DNA of 64,000 bases from Neoechinorhynchus agilis. Taxonomy: Eukaryota > Animalia > Acanthocephala. The stretch is taken from NCBI GenBank assembly GCA_051530055.1, contig CM121341.1:5620784-5684783 (forward strand), given 5' to 3'. Shown here piece by piece: positions 24,922 to 37,925 of this stretch. The translations under genes were made by a program, and so were the position numbers. Positions within the stretch are counted from its first letter, which is position 1. Every line of letters starts with the position of its first letter. The notes under the pieces are model-generated. The model was not told where the DNA came from, ran no database searches, and saw only the letters and a list, made by a program, of their open reading frames with translations.

Positions 24922-26967
24922 ATGGTCGCTGAATCGTCAGTATATCATCAATGTTTCACAGTTCCTTACATTTTTCATTTTAGCGTCCTCGAGAATCCCG
25001 GTGTTGGAGGATCTTTGGAACATTACGCCGAACTGACCAAAAAGGCAACAGCGAGGATCAAGACGAAGCTCACAGATGAAGTAACGCATTTTATCGAAAC
25101 CAAAGCTGCTCTTTGCGAACCGGACGATGTTTATATTTGTGATGGATCCGAAGAGGAAAATAAGAGGATGATAAAGCTTCTTCAAGATCAGGGAGTTTTT
25201 GCCCCGCTTCCAAAGTACAAGAATTGGTGCGTGCGCTGTGGTTTCATCAAACTCACCGTTTCTAGTCGCATTTAATTCAGTTGGCTCGCATTGTCGGATC
25301 CAAAGGACGTCGCTCGTGTCGAAGGAAAGACTGTGATTTGCACTAGCAAGCAAGAGGACACAGTTCCGACTCCAAAAGCTGGATTCGGGCCTTCCAAGGA
25401 ACCATCAATGCCTAATCTAAAATGTACTCAAATCGGTAATTGGATGTCCAAAGCAGAAGGACGACAGGAACTTTTGGAAAGATTCCCTGGTTGCATGAAA
25501 GGACGGACCATGTATGTCATTCCATATTGCATGGGTCCACTCGGCTCCCAACTGAGCAAATATGGAATCGAACTTACTGATTCGGCCTACGTCGTAGTTT
25601 GCATGCGAATCATGACAAGAATGACCGAAGAAGTTTTCAAATATATTGAAAAGACCGGAGGAGAATTCGTGAGATGTTTGCATTCGGTTGGTGTCCCTTT
25701 GCCAGCCAAAGAGCCAATTGTGAACAATTGGCCGTGCAATCCGTCGAGAACCATTGTTAGTCACTTCCCAGAAACAGCCGAAATTATCAGCTTTGGCAGT
25801 GGCTATGGCGGAAACGCTTTGTGTGGCAAGAAGTGTTTCGCTCTTAGAATTGGATCAATCTTAGCGAGAGATCAGGGATGGCTAGCCGAACACATGCTCA
25901 TATTGGGAATAACCAATCCGAAAGGAGTTAAGAAATACGTAGTGGCGGCTTTTCCGTCTGCTTGTGGGAAGACCAACTTGGCTATGCTAAATCCGACGAT
26001 TCCTGGCTACAAGGTAGAAACAGTTGGAGACGATATTGCATGGATGAGGTTCAATGACGAAGGACGTTTGGTTGCAATAAATCCAGAATGTGGCTTCTTT
26101 GGAGTTTGCCCAGGAACCTCCTATCACAGCAATCCGAATGCTATGAAAACGATTTTTGAGAATACGATATTCACGAATGTAGCCAAAACGGACGACGGTG
26201 GAGTTTATTGGGAAGGAATGGACGATGAATTATGGAAAGGAAGGAAAATAACATCATGGAAGCACAAAGAATGGCACGAAGGTGATCCGGAACCAGCCGC
26301 TCACCCAAACTCACGATTCTGTGCTCCCGCCGGACAGTGCCCAGTCATCGACAAGGAATGGGAAAACCCCGCTGGCGTTCCAATCGATGCCATTATATTC
26401 GGAGGACGACGTCCAGCCGGCGTTCCACTTGTCTATGAAGCATTTGATTGGCAACACGGAGTCTTTATAGGCGCATCAGTAAAATCCGAAGCTACCGCTG
26501 CCGCAGAACACAAATCGAAAAGTGTAATGCACGATCCATTTGCAATGCGGCCTTTCTTTGGTTACAATTTCGGGAATTACATTAGGCATTGGCTATCGTT
26601 CAAGGACAAATCAAACCTAAAACTTCCGAGAATTTTTCACGTCAATTGGTTTAGGCGTGATGCCAATAACAAATTTCTGTGGCCTGGATTTTGCGAGAAT
26701 TCCCGAGTCTTAGAGTGGATCAGTAGGAGATGTAATGGCGAAGGTGTCGCCGATAGGACTCCGATTGGCTATGTTCCCAAGAAAGGATCACTTGACGTGT
26801 CGGGAATCGGTAGTATCGACTTAGAAGAGCTCCTGTCGGTTCCAAGGGACTTTTGGAACGAAGAAGTTTCTGAACTTCGAGTCTATCTCAATGAAAACGT
26901 AAATAAAGACCTACCGCAAGAAATCACGGATGAATTGGACAAGTTAGAGAGAAGACTTAAGGAATAG
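24922..26967 (+). CDS. PCK: Phosphoenolpyruvate carboxykinase (GTP), copy 1
   Basis: [45 protein letters not shown]. Exons 24922-24935, 24984-25226 and 25281-26967 with GT-AG introns of 48 and 54 nt (MVAES|VLEN; KNC|WLALSDPKD). Confidence 0.97.
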
Positions 26968-27449
26968 CTGTAGAGGTTCATTAGCTGATACTTAATATAC
27001 CTTACTTTAGAATGAAGTGGTTTGTTTTAAACCATTTTGGTGTTTCATTTTCCTTGTTTCAGCCAACTCCCTCCGAAGCAACAGCTCGCAAGTGTCGTTT
27101 TTACTGCTATTTCCGAACATAATTTTTGTCCTAGTGGTTAATTCGAAGGTCTTTTATTTGAACTACATTTTATCGCTAGACCACGAACTAATATTTGTTG
27201 AGCAATGTCATCTAAAATATAATTTTGAAGGATTTCTTGTATGAAATTTATTTCTTGTAAACCAATAGGTATTCGCAATTTTGAATTTAGTGTTGTATTC
27301 ACAAAAAATGCATTAATTTGCCCTGATTGACCGATTCATAGAGATGCAGACAAGAGGCATTTTAGACGCAGTTTTTAAATTTAATCCTTAAAATTGACGT
27401 TCATTAAATGGCTTAATGTTTAAAAAATTTTTTTGTTAATTACAATTTA

Positions 27450-27663
27450 TTTTAAAATGATTAAATCGTCCCCCGGACGCTGACCGCATTTCCTCGTTGG
27501 ATTGCGAGGCTTATTCACGAAGCTTTTGTGCCGAACTCGGAAGACGACTTGCAACAGAAACAGGGGAGCGACGCGAGAGGATTTTCCTGATACAAAGAAT
27601 AAGCCTCGCAATCCAACGAGGAAATGCGGTCAGCGTCCGGGGGACGATTTAATCATTTTAAAA
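27450..27663. mobile_element. MITE-like element with 67-bp perfect terminal inverted repeats
   Basis: 27450-27516 is the reverse complement of 27597-27663; 80-bp spacer; no ORF homology. Confidence 0.85.
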
Positions 27664-27871
27664 ATGAGCCGGACAAGAAGGGACAAAGCAAAAATTTAAT
27701 GATGATGATGAAAACAATACCGGCTTGCCAGTAAAAAACTTAAAATTGATGTAATTGAGGATATAGTTGTCAAGTTGCAATGCGGCGCAGCGTACGAGAT
27801 AAAAAGAAACATTTTAGTCACTATGTGAGACACGAATCCAAATAATTTATAGTTCCAAGAACATTGGAGAC

Positions 27872-30321
27872 TTATTCTTCGCGGAAGATCACAGCTATTT
27901 CCTCTGGAGTTCTATTTTTTATTTCTGGAATCATGAAATAAGTAAATAGTGCGAATAACAATGAAAAGGATCCGAATACTATAAAGCAGTAAGCACCCAA
28001 TGCTCTCTAAAAATATAGTTTTTAGTATGTTAAATTTTTAACAAAGCTCACCTGCATGAAAAGAAATGTTGATACAACTATAAGGTTGCAGATCCAATTT
28101 ACAGTTGACCCGACAGATATTGCTGGCGGTTTAGCCATGAATGGAAAAAGTTCCGGAGCTATCATCCATCCGATTGTACCTTAAAGTAATATTTCAACCT
28201 CAAATTAAATAAGAGTAAAGTCAGACCTATTCCGATGGAGAAACCAGCTACAAATATAATCTGTAAAAGGATTGCGAATATAGCACTGACTTTGCTTGTG
28301 TTCTTAGGATGAATTAGCTTTAAATAAATAATGTTTGAATAAATACCGCGTAAAAGAGGGCTGGAGTGAGTGCTAAAACTGATACGCTCATTAAAATATA
28401 TCCTGCGAGTAAAAGTGATCGTCGTCCAGCTCGTTCCATCAAAAACGAACTAATACACGATCCAAGAAATAAAACAAAAATCACGCCCGTGCTTCCATAA
28501 GTAGCTGCAGTGTGATTCAAACCGGCATCAGTGAAAACCGCATTGGAGTAAAATAAAATCTTAATATTCCATTGATGAATTCCGGAGTCGAGCAAAACCA
28601 AATACCGCATTGATGCCACTTAGTTGCTGGCTGGCGTTGCATGCAATCACGACAATTGTCCGCTTTATATACGGTCGTACAAATAATTTTTTCATTGGCA
28701 AAATCTATTATGTTCGACAATGTTATCTACATTATTTTTCAAGTAACTTACAGATTGGGTGCTCGTCAATGTGTGTTCATCCTCTAATGCTTCGATTTCA
28801 TCTCGCAGAAGCTCTGAGTCGTCACAATTTCTTAATTTTTTCAAAGCTAAATAATTCAGTACAATTTTATGCACCAATCAAATTCAAAAGAAGGTAATTA
28901 TCGTGTAGTCAAAAACTATTTCAATCAAAAATCTATCAAAAAAGGAGTTGCTCATATTTCAATCGAGAACTTTGGTCTTAAGAAAACACCATCATATAAC
29001 GCCTTTTGCCTTGCAAGAAAAAAACCCTTAGCTTACCTTTAATCGCTCCATCTTGATCATTACGCTTTAATAGTAAGTATTTAGGCGTTTCATTGCAGAA
29101 AAACAAGCAAATAAATTGTACAATAAGTACAACGATTGGTATGGCTATACTGATTGCGAAAAAGGTAGGACAGACATTGCAATACTCACCGAATAATGCG
29201 ATCAGTAGATTCCCATCGCCGAGTATATCTTCAACTCCAAGCAAAGTGCTTATGAACGCTCCTAGTGTCACCCCGGCTGCTGGTATGGCTGCCATTGTGC
29301 CTTGAAAAGACAAAGCGGACACCTCAGTGACGTAAACTGGAGCCACACTCATTGAAACACCTAAATAATGCGCACATTGAACGTTTGTGTATTCACTCAA
29401 GACTGAAACCTGAGTGAATTCCGAATATAAATCGTCCGACGATCATACTTTCTACGGAATTTATAGGTTTACGCACTTCCCGGAAATTCTTTAACCCTTT
29501 TTATGAGACAAACAATTACTCGATTTTAAGTAAGCTTTTACGATTCGAGTTTTTATGAATAAAAAAGAAATATCACACTATTCCATACTTTTAAATATTC
29601 TTTAAAATCAGTGAAATATCTGTCAATGCTTTTGAAAAAGGGAAAGGCATATCAAAGAATAATATCTACGATTTGAGAAACTCGGTGATAAAATGTCAGA
29701 CGAAATATAAGCTCTAACGCTTTACATAAAATTAGTCACGGTTAATAAATGCCCAAATGGCAGCTTCTGATTGGTCGCAAATATAAATTTCCGAGAAAGT
29801 GTTTAGTCAGCAACATGAGTGTTGCACCAAGCAGCCCAACTGGTACTACAAACTGCATGATTTGTTTTCTAAATGAAATGCAATTTAACCTCGAAAAAAA
29901 TTGGAAACCATTCGAATCCAAACCTTCCAAGCCTTTCCGCCATGAAAGCGAATATCACAGCGCCCAAAATCCCACCAATCAAGTACAAAGCTGACGTTAA
30001 GGTCACCAAAATGGTTAACATCGATTCACTAGTGTATTTTCCGTAATGAGCATTGTAGGAGTGATTATATATTTGCCGGAGTTCCTTTATGGGTCATTTG
30101 AGGTATTTAATTGAAATAAAACAATTACGTACTTTTATTGGATTGTTGAGTACAGATAGATTCCATCCGAAAAAGAAGGAGCCAATAGATGCCGTAATTG
30201 TCGAAAAGATTAGATAGTCAGTTATTTTTGGAATGAAATGTGACGACGTTTCTCTCTGTAAAATCCGTGCATTATATTCGCTTCGATCTTTTGCAATCTC
30301 TTCTGATTCTTCACTTGACAT
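27872..30321 (-). CDS. SLC2A: Facilitated sugar transporter (SLC2A/GLUT family), multi-exon
   Basis: FFFGWNLSVLN, AERLGRK, GRFIFG, APVYVTEVS, ETPKYLL, QQLSGINA, ERAGRRSLLL, PELFP, NW..N, PEIKNRT.EEI. Several GT-AG introns plus two atypical ones (29471-29804, 29149-29187). Confidence 0.93.
29471..29804 (-). other. Non-GT-AG stem-closed intervening sequence in GLUT (334 nt)
   Basis: Minus-strand arms CACTTTCTCGGAAATT and AATTTCCGGGAAGTG; removal gives LMLLTKPINSVESMIVGR. Confidence 0.8.
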
Positions 30322-31128
30322 TTGCTTTAGTGTGGAAGATAACGTCGTTTTTACATGTACATTTTGAATTACTCACATCCCGCGCTGTTCTGTACTTTAT
30401 CTTTAAATAAGGAATGATTAGACTGTCCTTAAGAATGCGAGCAGTAAGGCGCTGCTACTTCGGGCATCTGATTGGGTGCATTTTCTCTAATTGGAAAGTG
30501 ATGCGTGTGTGTGTGATTGGTCAATTTTTGCATTTTATGATTTCATTTAAAGCAAATGTGCGAATTGTTGGATTCCTATAGGCTGCACCTATGGAAACAA
30601 TAATGCGTTTCCGGCAACGGCCCCCCCAAAAAAGTCGATTAATAGTGTGCAAAGTTTTTGATATAAATAATCCGTCCTTCAATATATTCAAAAAAACGGT
30701 ATTGAACGATCCAAGCACACTTAGTATCGAGTTAGAATCACTGGATTTCTTTTCAAAAAAAGAGCCAATAAAACTATTATCTAGTTCTTTTATTTTAAAA
30801 TATCTGACGAATGCCAACAATAGATATGCTCAGAGGAAAAAGTCTAAAGAATTCGGCAGTTCATAGGACAGTATTTTCCAAGAGTTTAAAAAATAAGCAG
30901 CATTATTTGTCACGTCTCCTTTTAAGGAATCCACGTTGTACTACGTGACTACAAATTGGAATCTTTTAATTCAGAAATAGGAATACCGAAGGTAAAATCA
31001 TTTGAATTTGTATCTGGTTTCTTTGGTGATAAGAAAAAATAGATATTGATTTATTTTGACTTGTGTATGGGTGAAGAATACTCGCCAAGTTAAAAATCAG
31101 TTTATTGTTCACAAAATATTTCGAAACA

Positions 31129-31791
31129 GAGGAAAACCTCGCCTTCTCCATCAATGCTGAATATTCGAGTTCATCTTCACCACAAGTCAAAATTTACCAT
31201 CCCGATATGGATTTTCTCGACATTATATTGATTTTTTATGTGAATTAGCGCTTTCGGCGGTCGAATTTAATGTTTTACATCAGAGAAATGATATCACGAC
31301 CACTTTAAACTCTGATGAAACGTTAAGAGTTCGTACATCCCTGTCCGGAGAGGAAAACCTCGCCTTCTCAATCAATGCTGAATATTCGAGTTCATCTTCA
31401 CCACAAGTCAAAATTTACCATCCCGATATAGATTTTCTCGACATGATATTGATTTTTTATGTGAATTAGCGCTTTCGGCGGTCGAATTTAATGTTTTACA
31501 TCAGAGAAATGATATCACGACCACTTTAAACTCTGATGAAACGTTAAGAGTTCGTACATCGCCGTCCGGAGAGGAAAACCTCGCCTTCTCAATCAATGCT
31601 GAATATTCGAGTTCATCTTCACCACAAGTCAAAATTTACCATCCCGATATAGATTTTCTCGATATGATATTGATTTTTTATGTGAATTAGCGCTTTCGGC
31701 GGTCGAATTTAATGTTTTACATCAGAGAAATGATATCACGACCACTTTAAACTCGGATGAAACGTTAAGAGTTCGTACATCGCCGTCCGGA
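31129..31791 (+). repeat. 221-bp tandem repeat, 3 units
   Basis: GAGGAAAACCTCGCC starts at 31129, 31350 and 31571. Confidence 0.95.
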
Positions 31792-32647
31792 TTCTCAGAT
31801 ACCTCACCAGGAGGAGGTAGGACTCATCAGTGAGTTTCCTCCCTCCAACGAGGTATTTTGTCTCTTTTGGTTATGGGTCAATGTCGACCGTGGATTCGAA
31901 CCCTTTGACCCTGAAACAGGGATCCGGGGCACGAGTCCACCTCTACATAAATTAAGAAATGTACAAACTCAGCTGACGAAATCGGCACCCGCATGTTTTT
32001 CTCAATATTTCGTCCGTCTCTTCGAATGGCTCTCGTAAAACACACCAACGAGTTTAAATCGCCGATTTAAGAACTGAGATAAATTCATAATAAACGTCAT
32101 CAAAACGCCTTTCATGTTTGTTCTTTCGTCTTCGATTTCCATTCACGCGTTTAATCGTTAAAGCTTGTTAGAATGCGCTACGTGTTCGTTTAATTATTAC
32201 TCGCAACAAATTACGTGATTGGTTCAATGTTTACTAAAAATTACGATGCTGGATGAACACTTTTTTGCTCTATGAACAATTGAATCATCAAATTGTTCCC
32301 GTGGTCGTGTGGATCTTCTCAATGGTATCGAAAGTTTCTTAGTGTCCCATCGCAATTTCGGGTTACTCGAAAGACCCGAGCAGGAAAGTGAAAACTGAGG
32401 TAATTACATAAGAACCAATAGGAACGAGAAGCACATGAGCTAGTGCAATATAATAAGCCAATCAGATTTCATACTTTGAAAACAGAAGCCGCAAGGAAAT
32501 GGGCTGAGCCACGTTAATGCCGGGAGTTTGATTTAATTCTGGAACCAATGAAGTGAAGCTAAATTTTGATACCGTGAGATCCTTGTTCGTTGTTGTCATG
32601 TTTTCCTGCGTCTTAAATGTAAAATATCTCCATAATCTGTACTATTG

Positions 32648-34468
32648 ATGAGGTTTCTAACGTCTGCATCCTAATTCTGGAGCTTTAAAGTTCTCTTGAA
32701 AATCTTTATTCATTTTATCGTTCTCATAGCTCAAGTCTTTTCCTTTTCTCTCATTTTGATGAGTTTGACCGTCTGAGCCACGTTAATGCTGGGAGATGAG
32801 GTTTCTAACAACGTTTGCATCCTAATTCTGGAGCTTTAAAGTTCTCTTGAAAATCTTTATTCATTTTATCGTTCTCACAGCTCAAGTCTTTTCCTTTTCT
32901 CTCATTCTGATGAGTTTGACCGTCTGAGCCACGTTAATGCTGGGAGATGAGGTTTCTAACAACGTTTGCATCCTAATTCTGGAGCTTTAAAGTTCTCTTG
33001 AAAATCTTTATTCATTTTATCGTTCTCACAGCTCAAGTCTTTTCCTTTTCTCTCATTCTGATGAGTTTGACCGTCTGAGCCACGTTAATGCTGGGAGATG
33101 AGGTTTCTAACAACGTCTGCATCCTAATTCTGGAGCTTTAAAGTTCTCTTGAAAATCTTTATTCATTTTATCGTTCTCACAGCTCAAGTCTTTTCCTTTT
33201 CTCTCATTCTGATGAGTTTGACCGTCTGAGCCACGTTAATGCTGGGAGATGAGGTTTCTAACAACGTTTGCATCCTAATTCTGGAGCTTTAAAGTTCTCT
33301 TGAAAATCTTTATTCATTTTATCGTTCTCACAGCTCAAGTCTTTTCCTTTTCTCTCATTCTGATGAGTTTGACCGTCTGAGCCACGTTAATGCTGGGAGA
33401 TGATTTAACAACGTCTGCATCCTAATTCTGGAGCTTTAAAGTTCTCTTGAAAATCTTTATTCATTTTATCGTTCTCACAGCTCAAGTCTTTTCTTTTCTC
33501 TCATTCTGATGAGTTTGACCGTCTGAGCCACGTTAATGCTGGGAGATGAGGTTTCTAACAACGTTTGCATCCTAATTCTGGAGCTTTAAAGTTCTCTTGA
33601 AAATCTTTATTCATTTTATCGTTCTCACAGCTCAAGTCTTTTCCTTTTCTCTCATTCTGATGAGTTTGACCGTCTGAGCCACGTTAATGCTGGGAGATGA
33701 GGTTTCTAACAACGTCTGCATCCTAATTCTGGAGCTTTAAAGTTCTCTTGAAAATCTTTATTCATTTTATCGTTCTCACAGCTCAAGTCTTTTCCTTTTC
33801 TCTCATTCTGATGAGTTTGACCGTCTGAGCCACGTTAATGCTGGGAGATGAGGTTTCTAACAATTTGCATCCTAATTCTGGAGCTTTAAAGTTCTCTTGA
33901 AAATCTTTATTCATTTTATCGTTCTCACAGCTCAAGTCTTTTCCTTTTCTCTCATTCTGATGAGTTTGACCGTCTGAGCCACGTTAATGCTGGGAGATGA
34001 GGTTTCTAACAACGTCTGCATCCTAATTCTGGAGCTTTAAAGTTCTCTTGAAAATCTTTATTCATTTTATCGTTCTCACAGCTCAAGTCTTTTCCTTTTC
34101 TCTCATTCTGATGAGTTTGACCGTCTGAGCCACGTTAATGCTGGGAGATGAGGTTTCTAACAACGTTTGCATCCTAATTCTGGAGCTTTAAAGTTCTCTT
34201 GAAAATCTTTATTCATTTTATCGTTCTCACAGCTCAAGTCTTTTCCTTTTCTCTCATTCTGATGAGTTTGACCGTCTGAGCCACGTTAATGCTGGGAGAT
34301 GAGGTTTCTAACAACGTCTGCATCCCAATTCTGGAGCTTTAAAGTTCTCTTGAAAATCTTTATTCATTTTATCGTTCTCACAGCTCAAGTCTTTTCCTTT
34401 TCTCTCATTCTGATGAGTTTGACCGTCTGAGCCACGTTGATGCTGGGATTTTGATTTAATTCTGGAAC
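32648..34468. repeat. 151-bp tandem array, 11 full units plus partial ends
   Basis: CTGAGCCACG starts at 32773, 32924, 33075, 33226, 33377, 33523, 33674, 33825, 33974, 34125, 34276 and 34427. Confidence 0.95.
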
Positions 34469-34500
34469 TTTAACCGCTACTCCGCGACCTTTATTTTCAG

Positions 34501-35277
34501 ATGCTATCTTCCTCTGGAGACATGAGAATATGTCCATTTGATAAGGCTCATGCTGTTAAGGCGTCGAGGTTCATAAACCATGTTTATAAATGCGCCCGCA
34601 GTCACGATAAGAAAGTTTACTCCTGTCCTTACGTTTATGATCATTTATTTGCTACCGAAGATAAACTCCTTGAGCATTTGAAGACTTGCCATATCAGTGG
34701 ATATAATAAGTTAGATCACTTTGTCGCTGGGTCGACCGTTCTAAATTTCAATTCCACGGACATCGTGGAAGATACTGACTATACGAACAAGGAATTCGAA
34801 AACAATACCGACGCAAAAGTGGCTCATCGACTTTCCAGGCGAGTTGTTCCACAAGATAGGCGAAAATTTTATCAAGATAAAGCCATGAATTTTGACGTCG
34901 TCGCTGCCAAACCACCTCAACGATCCCCATCTCCAATTAAACCGGCTATCCGATCAACCCCGCGTACCGCGTCTTCCATTAACTCCACGTTAGCTTCTCC
35001 CGGCCTTGAGGAAGGCGAAATCGCAGAATTGAAGAAATCCGTTGATAACACTAATAGCGGCGGCCTCAATAATCGACGATCTCCGATATTGGTTCGACGT
35101 GGACGAGGTCAAGGTTTGCGCAAATTCGCCGTGGAAGCGTCCAAGCAAACTGATTTACGTTTACTTGAAGATGAGCCTGAAAAGAACGAAATCCAAACGA
35201 AAGATGGTTTTAAGAAAGGCGGATTTCAGAGAATGAACAACTGTTATAACGAAATTAGTGACGAAGACCTGTGTTGA
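34501..35277 (+). CDS. GTSF1: GTSF1/Asterix-like protein with two N-terminal CHHC (U11-48K-type) zinc fingers
   Basis: CPFDKAH...NHVYKC and CPYVYDH...EHLKTC followed by a low-complexity tail. Confidence 0.75.
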   Translation: MLSSSGDMRICPFDKAHAVKASRFINHVYKCARSHDKKVYSCPYVYDHLFATEDKLLEHLKTCHISGYNKLDHFVAGSTVLNFNSTDIVEDTDYTNKEFENNTDAKVAHRLSRRVVPQDRRKFYQDKAMNFDVVAAKPPQRSPSPIKPAIRSTPRTASSINSTLASPGLEEGEIAELKKSVDNTNSGGLNNRRSPILVRRGRGQGLRKFAVEASKQTDLRLLEDEPEKNEIQTKDGFKKGGFQRMNNCYNEISDEDLC

Positions 35278-36967
35278 ACGCGTGTTTCGTTCTTGGCGTT
35301 ACAAGAAGTTTCGGAATAGCGATTTTTAGTTTTTCAACTAGAAATGGACCTATGGCAATCATTGGGTCTTACATTGCGCTCATAGATTTATACCTATTAA
35401 TAGTTCATTGCTTTAAAAGTTTAAATTCTTTGAAATGCAAAATATTTCGTGCTGACAGAAATAGAAAGGTTGAACTATTTTGATGCTTGTTTTTGACGTA
35501 AAAATTATAGGAATTTATTCGATCCGATTGTTTTTGGGCAACACAATCTTGTACTCGTTTATTACAAGGTTGCTTGTAAGTTTTTAAGACCCATCAAATG
35601 ATAAGAGTAATCCTAAAATTCATTGTTATACCATTCTTTTCGGAATTTGTCATTGGTATAAAATTCGGGTTCTAAGAAACAGTAAAATTACTTAATTTCG
35701 TTCATATTCACGGTACGGATTTTAATTTGTATCGATTTTCAGTAGTTAAACGATGGAGCGTTGTCCGATTCGGCACTCTGCTCCAGGATCTCTCGAAGAA
35801 ATTGAGAGACCGGCGACGAACGAGCAGGACAAAATATCTCGCTCGCAGTACAACGAGGCAGCATAGGAAGGAGCGAAGCTAAGATTTTGCGGACGGTGGT
35901 GATTGCACGTTTTGTACTTTATTATTGGAAAACCTAGAAAAGTCAATAATCAAAGCTTTGAAGCACAGTAATTTACATTTATGAATCTGAACTACTTGGC
36001 CTTATAGAAACCTGCTCGGGGAATTTCATCGGAAAAGAGTGTACAATGCCCGGTAGAGACTAAAAACTACATCGAAAATTATCAATCTCAAGTCCAAATG
36101 ATCGCAATCTTAAATCCCATAATTTCTTATCTAGGAAGAATAATTAATTACAAATTTATTTCTATCCAGCATTTGATCCCAACATATTTTCATAGGTTTC
36201 TACGGAGCGTAGTGTTCACATTGCCCTGTAGAATTTAAACATTAGCAAGATATTTTACTATAAAAAGCTCTTTTATGAGGCTCTAAAAAATAAAATGTAA
36301 ATAAAATTAATATGCAAACTCAACAGCCTTTTGGAGACAAAATAATTTAATTTTGAGATTTACAGCGGCCAAAGCTGCAGCAAGTTAGGCCTTTCACGAG
36401 ACTAACCACTTTCTCCAACTCTTTGTATTATTTTGTCGCTTGTTTTTGCACATAACATATTTTTCTATGAACAGAAACTTTTTATTAATAAAAGACTGAC
36501 CATTCTTCAAAAAGAAATGAAATTCCGGAGTTTAATAATGAATCCGAGAAAAACAGTAGCAATTACTCTCACGAATTCTTTTACAGTGACATCGCTTTTA
36601 AATTAAGATTTTTTTAACCTATCGCTTATTCGTCACCGGTTGAAAAATCAAAATCGCGAAGTAGGTTTATATTTTACACCTATAAAATTCGTTTAATAAA
36701 ACTTTCTAAATTTTTTTATTTGGACATTGATGTATAAATTGTTAATTTAATTTTCACTAGATTTTTAGGCAGTGCTCATTTCCGCTAATGGTTTATCTGA
36801 TAGGTCTCAGACCACATCTATAAAAGAGCGAATAAGTTCCGGAACCACATAAGGAGCGTGTCCAGAAAGTTTACTATCGCCTAAGCTCCAATCGATCGCT
36901 TCCTGGACGCGTTTCTTGGAAGTTCGTTGACGGAGATGTCTGAGGATCAGTTCGTCTTATATCACCA

Positions 36968-37540
36968 ATGGACAATCTCGCTAAAGACGACGAAGAAACT
37001 TTACGTACTCTTCGTTCCCGTCTTTCAATGCGATCCCTATTATCCGAATCAGAAGTGAATATAGCAATATCCTCATTTGCTAACAGATCAGCTCAAGGAA
37101 CTCAGTCCTTTCAGGATGCACTGGCAAACTCCGTCGACCAATTGGCAAGAGGAAAGAAGATTCTAAAAGCCATTGAGCTATTTTTCGGCCCAGCACTATG
37201 GGCCGCAAAAAGAAGGTGAAATTCATCCCAATTGCAATTGGATTCCTCTCTTAGAAGATTTATTGTTGATCGGACGACGATATCTCTACAGTAGAACTCA
37301 TTCGACTGCTGTCTTTTTTTGATACGAGGTCGTTTATCGCTATATTGATCGTCTGATCGACAAAATAATGACTTCCTGTTTCACAATCTCCAATAACCTC
37401 ATTAAGAGTAACCTACGTTGATGGAGCATTTCTGAAATTGACACCGCTCTCTTCAGCTCGATCTTCGATGACTACCGTGAGAATGATTGTGGCCAGAAGC
37501 TCCTGATGAAAACGTTATTATACCTATTGGATTAATGACA
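36968..37540 (+). pseudogene. Uncharacterised, frameshifted coding-like region
   Basis: An 83-aa ORF continues in other frames across homopolymer runs; either assembly indels or a pseudogene. Confidence 0.3.
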
Positions 37541-37925
37541 AGCTCGATTCTACCGACAATGAGCACTTTGTCGGCATCTGACACGATGCCACCTTTAGTT
37601 TGTATTCTCTGATCTTTTCAATCAACTCTGGCGTCGAAACGTTGCGCCTAAGAACCTCCTGCTACTCTCATTTGAATTGTTCCAGACTAGTTAAACCGGC
37701 AAAAGTCAATTTTAGAACCTTTGATGCAACAATAGCCCAATGCGATTCGTTAATTAATCCGCAACAATCGATTTTATAGGTGGTTTAACGAGTGCTGAGG
37801 GTAGCAGGATGCTCAAGGCTCAAGGTAATGACGACCGAGGTCACCAAAAAGATCCGCGAAGCTACCATTAAAAATCTTGCATTATTATCGTGTATAAAAT
37901 TGTGTTCGTCTTCAAGAACAATCAT

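Noticed and set aside
17218-34468. 85-, 221- and 151-bp arrays as CRISPR
   Set aside because: Units repeat in full with no unique spacers; eukaryotic context with no cas genes.
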